From: an uncultured archaeon
Lineage (GTDB): Archaea; Asgardarchaeota; Thorarchaeia; Thorarchaeales; Thorarchaeaceae
Length of the DNA: 64,000 nt
Assembly (NCBI GenBank): GCA_964458565.1
Contig: CAYWJO010000013.1
Coordinates: 1 to 64,000 of the forward strand
Reading direction: 5' to 3'
Shown here piece after piece: positions 41,627-49,846 of this stretch. The translations under genes and the position numbers were made by a program. Position 1 is the first letter of the stretch. Every line of letters starts with the position of its first letter. Under the pieces are notes generated by a model, which was not told the origin of the DNA, did no database searches, and was given only the letters and a program-made list of their open reading frames with translations.

Positions 41627-42375
41627 GTAATTACGAAAGAAATACGACAATGATTTTTTGCATACTGGGTGTTCTCGTAGTTGGTTCGATTGCTGTCGGT
41701 GCAATTACGTTCTACGGGTCATCATGGCTTGGACATGATAACACGCCAGTATACTTCCATGAGGATAGTACCATCGGTAGCGTTAGCGGTCTTGTAACCA
41801 TCAATGCTGATATTAATACAGGCTCTTTGAACATCCTATTTGTTGACAATGATACACTCTTGTATGATGTAGATGTTCAGATGTCGAATAGATCCTATTT
41901 GCAATATGGTGACCCAACAATTGCATTCAGTAGTAATACACTGACCCTAAGTCATGAGGTTGCAGCATTCAATATCACTCTGGGCAATGGAATCAATTAC
42001 ACTATCAACGCTCAGACAAGTACTGGAAGCATAGCTTGTGTGCTCTCTCATGATGCCTTGGTTGGAGATGTGGCTTTGACCACAGGAACTGGTTCAATCG
42101 CATTCACAATGACAAACGATGTGACTCTGATTGGCAATGTTGATTTTGATTTAACAACTAACACTGGTTCAGTAACAGCTGTAATTATCCTCCCAGATGA
42201 TGTGGGGGCTGATTTCAGTGCAGAACTTGGTGTCGGTTCAATTGTTGTCAATGCTCCAACATGGGATAAGGTGACCAGTACACATTATCAATCAGATGAT
42301 TACGGTGATGCGCCTCAGAATCTTGACATAGTTGTCGAGACTAGCGTGGGTAGTGTGACCGCCACTCTTTCATAG
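41623..42375 (+). CDS. Membrane-anchored beta-repeat protein (DUF4097/adhesin-like)
   Basis: N-terminal TM and repeated TxxGS[IV] motifs. Confidence 0.75.
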   Translation: MSNYERNTTMIFCILGVLVVGSIAVGAITFYGSSWLGHDNTPVYFHEDSTIGSVSGLVTINADINTGSLNILFVDNDTLLYDVDVQMSNRSYLQYGDPTIAFSSNTLTLSHEVAAFNITLGNGINYTINAQTSTGSIACVLSHDALVGDVALTTGTGSIAFTMTNDVTLIGNVDFDLTTNTGSVTAVIILPDDVGADFSAELGVGSIVVNAPTWDKVTSTHYQSDDYGDAPQNLDIVVETSVGSVTATLS

Positions 42376-42413
42376 GATGCAATGCATGCTCATCATGGTT
42401 GATTTAGACAATC

Positions 42414-42445
42414 GAGAGGGATATCCCCTCTCCTTCTTCCTTTTT
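42414..42445 (+). terminator. Hairpin plus pyrimidine/T-tract terminator
   Basis: GAGAGGG-atatc-CCCTCTC then CTTCTTCCTTTTT. Confidence 0.65.
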
Positions 42446-42465
42446 ACTAAATTTGGCTTGCTTTT

Positions 42466-42801
42466 CTATCTTTCATTTTTCATAGCACCAAACGCCAACC
42501 GTTTAGCTGCTTCTCTCATTTCAGATAATTTCTCGCCATATTGAATGACATCACTATAGAGATCCATTTGCTCATGAATACTCTTCTCAACATAGGATGA
42601 AACTGCTTCGGAGCGGCTTCTAAAAACATCAAGTTCAACGAGGGTGTCGATTATTTTAACTATATCTGCACTAAGTCGTGTCATCACATGGACTTCTCGC
42701 TTTTTGATCTCAAACTCCTCTGATTGAAGTTCACCAAGAATTCTATCTTTTAGTGTGATCTGTACCTGGTCGCCCTCTGATTCACTTTTTTTCGGTGGCA
42801 T
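42466..42801 (-). CDS. Ribbon-helix-helix (CopG/Arc-like) regulator
   Basis: HVMTRLSADIVKIIDTLVELDVFRSRSEAVSSYV. Confidence 0.75.
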   Translation of the reverse strand: MPPKKSESEGDQVQITLKDRILGELQSEEFEIKKREVHVMTRLSADIVKIIDTLVELDVFRSRSEAVSSYVEKSIHEQMDLYSDVIQYGEKLSEMREAAKRLAFGAMKNER

Positions 42802-42893
42802 TGTACCAACTCCATTTTGGTCTTACACATACATAGTATACATTACGCTTAATAATCTTTATCATTAGGTAGATACCAATAACGAAACATTAT

Positions 42894-42931
42894 TAAGTTG
42901 TAAGATGTAATATAATTAACATAAGATGTAA
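42894..42931 (+). promoter_or_regulatory. Phased direct repeats upstream of Lrp gene 1
   Basis: TAAGATGTAA at 42901 and 42922 (21 nt apart); TAAGTTGTAA at 42894. Confidence 0.5.
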
Positions 42932-42970
42932 GGAATTCGAGTTACAAACTGGACTCAAGGAGAACTGAAG

Positions 42971-43921
42971 ATGGATAAGCTTGACAAAACCCTGCTCCTG
43001 AAGCTTCTCAGCGATTGTAGAGCATCCTACAGAGAACTCGCAAGAGAGTTAGGAGTTACCTGTCCCACAATTAAGAGAAGAGTGGATAAACTCATCAAGT
43101 CAGGTATTATAGAGAGCTTCACCATCGATATCTCTCAAGAAACTCTTGGTGTAAGTTGGGTGTATGCTGAGATTGAAACCGATCTATCTGAAGATCGAAA
43201 CGCATTAATCCATGCTATTTGTGCGCATAAATTCACAAATGAGATATTCGCTGTTGGATCCAAGAAATACATCGTATTTGGTGAAGTACCGCTTCTCGAA
43301 GGTATGTATGACTATGGTAAATTCTTGCGAAGTCTAGATGGAGTATGCAATGTGGAAATCACACCTGTTCGGCAATTACCAACAAGCCAGCTCTCAACTA
43401 ATAGCAAATACAGCTCAAGAGGTGGGAAGGTATCTTTCACCGAACAGCACTTACGTATCTTGAGACATCTGATGAACAATGCCCGAATTTCCATTTTGGA
43501 CCTCTCTGAAAAGGTCGGATTCAAACCAAAACGAGTAAGACGGGTTCTAAAACAACTTGAAGAGAGTGAGGGAGTTCATTTCACAATACGATTCAATCCA
43601 TCTGTGGAGGATTGTATCAGTTTCATCCTAAAGATCAGCTTCAATGAGAATATGATTGCTCCAGGTGATATCACCTATTGGATGGAAGAGGAATTTCCTC
43701 AAGAGTATTGGATGTCTTTTCTCCTCTCAAGTGGACCTGAGATGGTTAACTACATGACTGCTGATAGTCTCTCAGGTGTTGAGAAGATAATCCGAAGAAT
43801 GAAGGAAATACGATTCATAAGTGATGTTGAAACGATGTTAATCTATCATCTTGAGAAGCCGTCCGAAGACGGATCTCTGACCACATCCGAGATTACACTC
43901 GAGCCACTCTCTGCAGTATGA
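42971..43921 (+). CDS. Lrp/AsnC-family regulator with tandem HTH-RAM units
   Basis: MDKLDK...DCRASYRELARELGVTCPTIKRRVDKL, and a second HTH NARISILDLSEKVG. Confidence 0.9.
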   Translation: MDKLDKTLLLKLLSDCRASYRELARELGVTCPTIKRRVDKLIKSGIIESFTIDISQETLGVSWVYAEIETDLSEDRNALIHAICAHKFTNEIFAVGSKKYIVFGEVPLLEGMYDYGKFLRSLDGVCNVEITPVRQLPTSQLSTNSKYSSRGGKVSFTEQHLRILRHLMNNARISILDLSEKVGFKPKRVRRVLKQLEESEGVHFTIRFNPSVEDCISFILKISFNENMIAPGDITYWMEEEFPQEYWMSFLLSSGPEMVNYMTADSLSGVEKIIRRMKEIRFISDVETMLIYHLEKPSEDGSLTTSEITLEPLSAV

Positions 43922-44070
43922 TTTTTTCTAGCTAAAAGAATTACGTATACAGCGAATCCCTTGATTCTAAGATAATTCCATACATTTCGATTAATGACAA
44001 TATTTCTGCAAGGGGCCGTTTTGTAACGCGGCCGCTTCATGTTTTTCCATTTGTTCATGTGCATTGGCCG

Positions 44071-44108
44071 ATTTGGAAGACTCCGTCTTAACGTGAGTTT
44101 ATACTATT
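44071..44108 (+). promoter_or_regulatory. Promoter A: 15-bp semi-palindrome plus TATA box
   Basis: GAAGA-ctccg-TCTTA then TTTATACT (44098-44105). 28/38 nt identical to 45697-45734. Confidence 0.7.
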
Positions 44109-44183
44109 CTTGTAGTATGTATTGTTCAAGTCATTCTCCTGAATCATTGCGAGAATGTACCGATAAAAAACAGTGGTGAAGAA

Positions 44184-44486
44184 ATGAATAAGAAAAACTT
44201 GCGAAGAATTGCAGCGGGACTCATCCTCTTTGCTTTCAGTATTGGTATGCTTACCAGTCTGGCTGGCACCTTCATGACAAGTGGAGTTGCAGAAGCTGGG
44301 GATGATACAGCTGATGATTGGCCAAATCAGGATCAGGTAGTTGATTACCGCATTGATGAGCCCGCACATCCTGACCTTGATGAGTATCAAGTCGTAGATT
44401 ATCGAATTGATACACCATCAGATGAATCAGGTTTAGAAGGCGAGGCTATTCAGGTAGTCGAATACAGAATCGATACTCCCTGGTGA
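44184..44486 (+). CDS. Secreted multi-core precursor peptide (3 x QVV[D/E]YRID[E/T]P)
   Basis: GGTGA RBS, signal peptide ending AEA, acidic spacers, three cores with synonymous codon differences, own promoter and terminator. Confidence 0.85.
   Translation: MNKKNLRRIAAGLILFAFSIGMLTSLAGTFMTSGVAEAGDDTADDWPNQDQVVDYRIDEPAHPDLDEYQVVDYRIDTPSDESGLEGEAIQVVEYRIDTPW
44334..44480 (+). repeat. Three 30-nt core-coding repeats
   Basis: 44334-44363 QVVDYRIDEP, 44388-44417 QVVDYRIDTP, 44451-44480 QVVEYRIDTP. Confidence 0.95.
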
Positions 44487-44509
44487 TTCTCCCTGAAACT
44501 CATCTATAC

Positions 44510-44550
44510 GCCTAGCGTTGTTTTGGCAGCGCTAGGTGATTTTTCCTTTT
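44510..44550 (+). terminator. Hairpin plus T-tract terminator after the peptide gene
   Basis: CCTAGCGTTG/CAGCGCTAGG stem followed by GATTTTTCCTTTT. Confidence 0.7.
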
Positions 44551-44589
44551 ATTTTCTTATCCGCTGTGAAAAAGAATGAGATGATGCAT

Positions 44590-45597
44590 ATGGATTTGCT
44601 AGATAAAAAGATCATACGAAGACTGTTAGGAAATTCAAGAGAATCCTTTCACAGTATTGCGAGAGCGTTTGATGTCACCTGTCCAACAATAACCTCACGT
44701 GTTAATCGGTTGAGACAGATGGGTGTGATCCAGCGCTTCGTAACGGAATTATCTCATGAAACAATGGGTGTTGAGTGGATTCTGACTGAGATAAAGACCA
44801 ATGGTGGGATCAGGAAATCCGATCTGTTGCAGGAGTTCCAATCGAATGCTTGTATCGGGGATGTTTACATGTTAGGCAGAAGTCGTTATCTTGTACTTGC
44901 TGAAGTCTATCCTGAAGAAAAGAGTGGATATGTATCATGCCTCAAGAAGATAGATGATATCGAATATATTGAGGTAAGTGATATTCATCCAATATCTACT
45001 CAGATTAGTAATGGAAACTGTAAATTCACAACAAGAGGGCAAAAGATAGATTTATCCCCCATCGAGGTGGATCTTTTAAGATTCCTGGTAAGGAACTCAC
45101 GCACTCCAATAAAAACGATAACTGATTGCACAGGGTACAGTACAAAGCTTGTACGCAGAGTTATGAGGAAATTCATTCAGTGCAATGGCATACATCTCAC
45201 GTTGAAACTAAATCTCTCACAATGTGGTCAGATTAATTTCATACTACGCACCCGTCTAAGGGATATGACCGTGCAAGCTGATGAAATTGCAGATTGGGTA
45301 TCTTGTAGGTACCCTGAGGAACTCTGGTTCACACTCTTTGCTCCTCGTTCAGACAGTCTTTTACACTATATGACCGTAAGGCAGCCACAGTCTATCGAGC
45401 GAGTGATTAGAGAGGCCATCAAGCACCCTCGCATCGAAGATGTTGAAGCTACCATAATCTATAGTATGTTCAAATCAGAAGGACGAACGCAACAGTTCCT
45501 CAAACATTGTATTGGCAACTTCTCAGAGGATGAATTAGAATTACCGTTATCTTCTCTCCACGAACCGAGTCTGTTAGAACAAGAAATACATACCTGA
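44590..45597 (+). CDS. Lrp/AsnC-family regulator with tandem HTH-RAM units (paralog 2)
   Basis: MDLLDKK...NSRESFHSIARAFDVTCPTITSRVNRL. Shares VTCPTI, S[QH]ET[LM]GVxW, RGxK and YMT with paralog 1. Confidence 0.9.
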   Translation: MDLLDKKIIRRLLGNSRESFHSIARAFDVTCPTITSRVNRLRQMGVIQRFVTELSHETMGVEWILTEIKTNGGIRKSDLLQEFQSNACIGDVYMLGRSRYLVLAEVYPEEKSGYVSCLKKIDDIEYIEVSDIHPISTQISNGNCKFTTRGQKIDLSPIEVDLLRFLVRNSRTPIKTITDCTGYSTKLVRRVMRKFIQCNGIHLTLKLNLSQCGQINFILRTRLRDMTVQADEIADWVSCRYPEELWFTLFAPRSDSLLHYMTVRQPQSIERVIREAIKHPRIEDVEATIIYSMFKSEGRTQQFLKHCIGNFSEDELELPLSSLHEPSLLEQEIHT

Positions 45598-45608
45598 ATC
45601 AAACACAC

Positions 45609-45641
45609 GAGCTGAAGGATCTGTCTCCAATCCTTCAGCTC
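45609..45641 (+). terminator. 12-bp perfect hairpin after Lrp gene 2
   Basis: GAGCTGAAGGAT-N9-ATCCTTCAGCTC, with only a weak pyrimidine tail. Confidence 0.6.
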
Positions 45642-45696
45642 TCCTTCATTATCTAGTTTGATACAATTTTAGGACTATCGATTATCAAAAAGGGAA

Positions 45697-45734
45697 ATTT
45701 GTAAGAGACTCTCGTAACGCGTCTTTATACTAAT
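45697..45734 (+). promoter_or_regulatory. Promoter B: near-copy of promoter A
   Basis: TAAGA-gactc-TCGTA then TTTATACT (45724-45731), with the same spacing as promoter A. Confidence 0.65.
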
Positions 45735-45754
45735 AATTTCTCTATAACTCCTAC

Positions 45755-45880
45755 AAGTGTCACTCAAACCAAATTTGGATGTAATGGATTTCCTGAAAGA
45801 CGGTCTTCCTTATCACCTCTTCATCTCCTCACGAGTGCACTTCGGGTGGGGGGCTGGTCACTCCCCGCTCGTATTTTTTC
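45755..45880 (+). ncRNA. Candidate ~125-nt regulatory small RNA
   Basis: Downstream of promoter B. C/U-rich anti-SD tract (45806-45830), GC-rich three-way junction (45831-45872), T6 tract (45874-79), and no credible ORF. Confidence 0.5.
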
Positions 45881-45960
45881 ATATTCTCTCTTATAGAATC
45901 TGTTTCAGAAACTTATGCATTCTGTATTATTGTGAATCCCTTCGACTAACAGTTCTTGTT

Positions 45961-48900
45961 TCATCTTTTTTTCTTATAGATAATCACGACAACCAAAATG
46001 CCTATGGAACATCCACCTATCAACAGCAACGGTCCCCAAAGTTCCCAATCAATACAAGGCCACACACAAGGTTCTACCTCCTCTTCACCCTTAACGACAA
46101 TAACTTCAGCTATGCCAATGAGATCCCCATTGAGATATCCATAAATGGTGAACTGTCGCTCATCATCGATTTCTGCATCATCAGTTGGTTCGAAAGTTAT
46201 CGTGATTTCCTGATATTCTCCAGGTGCCAATGAATGCAGAGCCAAACCATCTATCTCACATCTCCAAAGTGGCAATGTGCTATCAACCTGTCTTGCTACT
46301 AAGAACACAGTACCCGTAGGACCACTTGTTTCATTCGATGGATTTCCAACAATCATTGTTACATTGACTGGAGAGGTGGCAGTTGCAATCTTTATGTTTT
46401 CTTGAGCCTTATTATTTGAGAGGTGCAAATCAGCAGGATCACAGGAGGTGATGGTTGCTCTTATGCACCTGTCTCCGTATATCAATGGGGTCCACGTTAT
46501 GGATGCGTATTCCTGACTTCCTGCCGGTACCGTAATACTCACGATATCAGTAGGACTGGGTTCAATCTCCTCCCACAATCCTCCTGGCTGACCTACACCA
46601 TAGTCACCTATTGAAAAGGTCACCTCTGTGTTTATCGCATCAACTGTTGCAAGGTTATGTATCGTCGCCCTTATAGTATATTTTTCTCTCATCTCCAAAC
46701 CATATCTATCTATGACCGCTCCTGTATCATAGTCACGAATCTCGATATCTGGATTATCAGGAGATGGATTCACATCATGTCCCGATCCTGCTGGATTGGC
46801 AACCCACGTGGATTCCACCCACCAACTATAGATGAATGGATCTGGAAGAACTCCAGGTGGTAGTACTCGATATTGAGTCACTGCTGCCTTTGTTACACCC
46901 TGCTTAGCGATGATGTTGATTGTACCTTCCAAGAGACCTGAAGGTATTATGTAATCTATCACTGTGTCAGCGGTAGTCACTGTAGTACTGAACGGAGCTA
47001 ATCCATCCACAGTGATATCAATTGTTCCTGCATCAAAGTGTTTCAATGTGATTTTTGTTGGAGTGCCTTCCGGTCCTTGAACTGGATCGATTGTTATCTC
47101 TCCTCCATCGCTAACAGCAATCTCGTAATTGAACTCGGGTTGTATATAGTTGTGTTTTGTGACTGTAAGATGTATGTTTTCACCAGATGTGGGAGCAAGC
47201 TCAAAGTATGCATTACCATTCCCATCTGTATATCTGACTTCGAGTATGTCTGGGTCTCTGAAGAGACACACCTTTGCATTATTTACAGGGGTAATTCCAT
47301 CTGTAACGGAAACCACAAATGACTGAGTATAAGTGGATCCAATCGTATCAGGATAGGTAATTGTCAACGGGGTGGGAAGTGATGTCCAGATTTCCATCTC
47401 GGGGTCGCCAAAGAGATTGAAGAGTTCAAGTGTTTCATCTAAAGCCGTCGGATAGTCACTAAATTTGAGAAGTATACTTTCATATTCAGTGATCCCCTGT
47501 CCTGCAGTAAGCAGCTTACCATAAGCAATGATTTGACCAAGGTCGTAAAGGCCTCCTGAAGCATATCTTTCATCAAAGTCATCCCAGATAGCATCAACGA
47601 AGCCCTTCAATAGGATATCATTCCATCCGCTATAACTCATTCGAGATGATCCAATTGTAGCAACGGCTCCCTTTGGTCCTAGATCAGGATCATAAAGATT
47701 CACTAGTTCTTCACAGAGTGAGTCTACATCTCTACTCAAAACAATATCATCATCATCATCAGTTTCACTATCAAACCAACCGGTGTTACAATCCATACTG
47801 AATATGACTGGCCAATTATTATCATAATTTTCCAGACCCCCGATATGATCCTCGATAATGAACTGAGGTAAAGACCATCCGTCTCTATCTGTTATGAAAT
47901 TACCCTCTTCATGATTATAGAAATTACTTGATACTCCATGGTCCCGGTGAAAGATCAGGAATTTACCTGAATTAAAACAATCAACAATATCTTTTTCTTT
48001 CCCTGTATCACTTACAGTCTCTGGCCATTTGTAATTTAATCCATAATCCCATGAATATCCTGTATACCAAGCCGCATCGATTAAATTATATCCATTGATT
48101 TCTGTTTCCTCGAAATACTTTTCGGGAGCATGAGACCTCCAAACACTTATTGGATTTGTGCAGTAGATTCGTTCTGTGGAATAGTCATTTTGATCAAGAA
48201 ATTGCGCAATTTGTTCTGAAGTCAAAATAAATGGACGGTCTTCCTCCCCATCAGAACCGTCTTCAGCTACATCATCAATACCATCGTCATTAGAATCAAC
48301 AAGGGAATATTCATCTTGGAAGCAAGAAACTGCACCAACGTTTGTATAGAACGAAGGCACATCAACCGGATTCTGCTCATAGTCTATTATCTTCTTGATG
48401 ACCTGAGATAATGTGTCTAAATCATCTACAGGAAGTCTACCGATGAATATATCACTAAAAGAATCAAGTCCATCAACTGTTGTGTAAATTACATCTGAAG
48501 CAATATACCCAAAGGCCTCACCTACGGGGTGATGCTCTTCTCTTCCACTAAAAGTTTCATAATTTGTTGGTATGAGATTTGTATCTCCAACTAGTAGAAT
48601 ATAGGTGGGAGCAGTTGCCCACGTTGTATATGCATTACTTATCTGCGTTTTAATACCTGCACTAGTAATAGGGGGCGATAGAGTCCAAATCTTTGTTCTA
48701 AGCCCCTTCATTTGTTTCCAAGTGGCAAGTGTATCTACATCATATTCATACGAGCCTGTAATATCATCAAGATTTGAATGAGTGATGATGAGATAATCTA
48801 CATTTTCAGGTCCCTGGGACGGTATGATTGGAGCTACTGGCATCATTGATTGCATGGGGCGATTTAATGGGTCATAATTTAGAATCATCCCTGAGAGCAT

Positions 48901-49686
48901 TTCTTCAAAGGGCTGAGAGTACAGGTTATCATCTATCGGATCTATTTGTGAAAGGACGGAGTATTCAATCTTGATTTTGATGTTCGAATATACTCTCATT
49001 ATGTTAAGTTGAGGATTGATTTGAATTGGAAAAAAAATGAGTTGAACCAACCTATGGCCTCTAATTTTCATAGGTGCGTTATCTACCGCACCTATGATTT
49101 TTGCTGGTTGGAAAGGGAAGTAAGTATTATTTGAATAAGTGATATAATCAATAAAGTGAGGGCTTGCAGTGATGTTTGGATGATCTACTTGTGGTTCTTG
49201 AGCTGGCGAGATATTGAATCCTGTATGAAGTTTGTAATTAGCTGATTCAATATGAAGACTGACGTTGACATCCCTTGGGATTTCTATAAACCGAGAAACG
49301 ATGGGAACTGCAGGTTTCCCGACATCCTCCAATAGACTTCCTCCTGGCAGGCGGAACAAATCGTATATCATTCCCTCTAGAGGTATCTTCAGCAAATGCG
49401 CTCCGTAAAATGTTGATTCGACCATAATTCCTGTTGTATCACTTGAGAGAGGGATTATCTCTGGTTTCGTATCTGGTATGGACCCATTTATGAACTCAAA
49501 CCAAGTACTACTGGACCAGTCTGATTCTTCAAATTGTTCGTAGTAATCCTTCTCAATCTTTTCGCCCTCTATCATTTCTATAGATAGATGGGACAGTGAT
49601 ATTGGTGGACCAATTATAATCAGGATGACAAGCGCACATGAAAATCTCAGCTTAAGATTCCGGTTCAAAAATCTGCTATCCTTCAT
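45961..49686 (-). CDS. Membrane-anchored gingipain-like cysteine peptidase (C25, clan CD)
   Basis: Signal/TM, C25 propeptide (GKPAVP), WKQMKG, YILLVGD, IGRLP, catalytic DHG and MDCNTG, LFGDP, Ig/CARDB-like domains, C-terminal TM-KKKR. Confidence 0.92.
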   Translation of the reverse strand: MKDSRFLNRNLKLRFSCALVILIIIGPPISLSHLSIEMIEGEKIEKDYYEQFEESDWSSSTWFEFINGSIPDTKPEIIPLSSDTTGIMVESTFYGAHLLKIPLEGMIYDLFRLPGGSLLEDVGKPAVPIVSRFIEIPRDVNVSLHIESANYKLHTGFNISPAQEPQVDHPNITASPHFIDYITYSNNTYFPFQPAKIIGAVDNAPMKIRGHRLVQLIFFPIQINPQLNIMRVYSNIKIKIEYSVLSQIDPIDDNLYSQPFEEMLSGMILNYDPLNRPMQSMMPVAPIIPSQGPENVDYLIITHSNLDDITGSYEYDVDTLATWKQMKGLRTKIWTLSPPITSAGIKTQISNAYTTWATAPTYILLVGDTNLIPTNYETFSGREEHHPVGEAFGYIASDVIYTTVDGLDSFSDIFIGRLPVDDLDTLSQVIKKIIDYEQNPVDVPSFYTNVGAVSCFQDEYSLVDSNDDGIDDVAEDGSDGEEDRPFILTSEQIAQFLDQNDYSTERIYCTNPISVWRSHAPEKYFEETEINGYNLIDAAWYTGYSWDYGLNYKWPETVSDTGKEKDIVDCFNSGKFLIFHRDHGVSSNFYNHEEGNFITDRDGWSLPQFIIEDHIGGLENYDNNWPVIFSMDCNTGWFDSETDDDDDIVLSRDVDSLCEELVNLYDPDLGPKGAVATIGSSRMSYSGWNDILLKGFVDAIWDDFDERYASGGLYDLGQIIAYGKLLTAGQGITEYESILLKFSDYPTALDETLELFNLFGDPEMEIWTSLPTPLTITYPDTIGSTYTQSFVVSVTDGITPVNNAKVCLFRDPDILEVRYTDGNGNAYFELAPTSGENIHLTVTKHNYIQPEFNYEIAVSDGGEITIDPVQGPEGTPTKITLKHFDAGTIDITVDGLAPFSTTVTTADTVIDYIIPSGLLEGTINIIAKQGVTKAAVTQYRVLPPGVLPDPFIYSWWVESTWVANPAGSGHDVNPSPDNPDIEIRDYDTGAVIDRYGLEMREKYTIRATIHNLATVDAINTEVTFSIGDYGVGQPGGLWEEIEPSPTDIVSITVPAGSQEYASITWTPLIYGDRCIRATITSCDPADLHLSNNKAQENIKIATATSPVNVTMIVGNPSNETSGPTGTVFLVARQVDSTLPLWRCEIDGLALHSLAPGEYQEITITFEPTDDAEIDDERQFTIYGYLNGDLIGIAEVIVVKGEEEVEPCVWPCIDWELWGPLLLIGGCSIGILVVVIIYKKKR

Positions 49687-49846
49687 GCTACTTTCCTCCC
49701 TAACACACGATGGCGCTTCGCACGACTATTTGTGAACTCTGTAATAAGTAGTATGCAATCATTCGAACTAAAGAAATTCAATGAGGGATTAACCTTATAA
49801 TAAAGTAAAATACTATATAATGAAAAATGACTTGAGGAGTTTCACT

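Noticed and set aside
44088-44390. 100-aa minus-strand ORF opposite the peptide gene
   Set aside because: Antisense shadow; the plus strand has the RBS, signal peptide, promoter and terminator.
45757-46233. 158-aa plus-strand ORF starting near the predicted promoter B start site
   Set aside because: It runs through the T6 tract, overlaps the C25 gene antisense by about 270 nt, and has no protein-like features.
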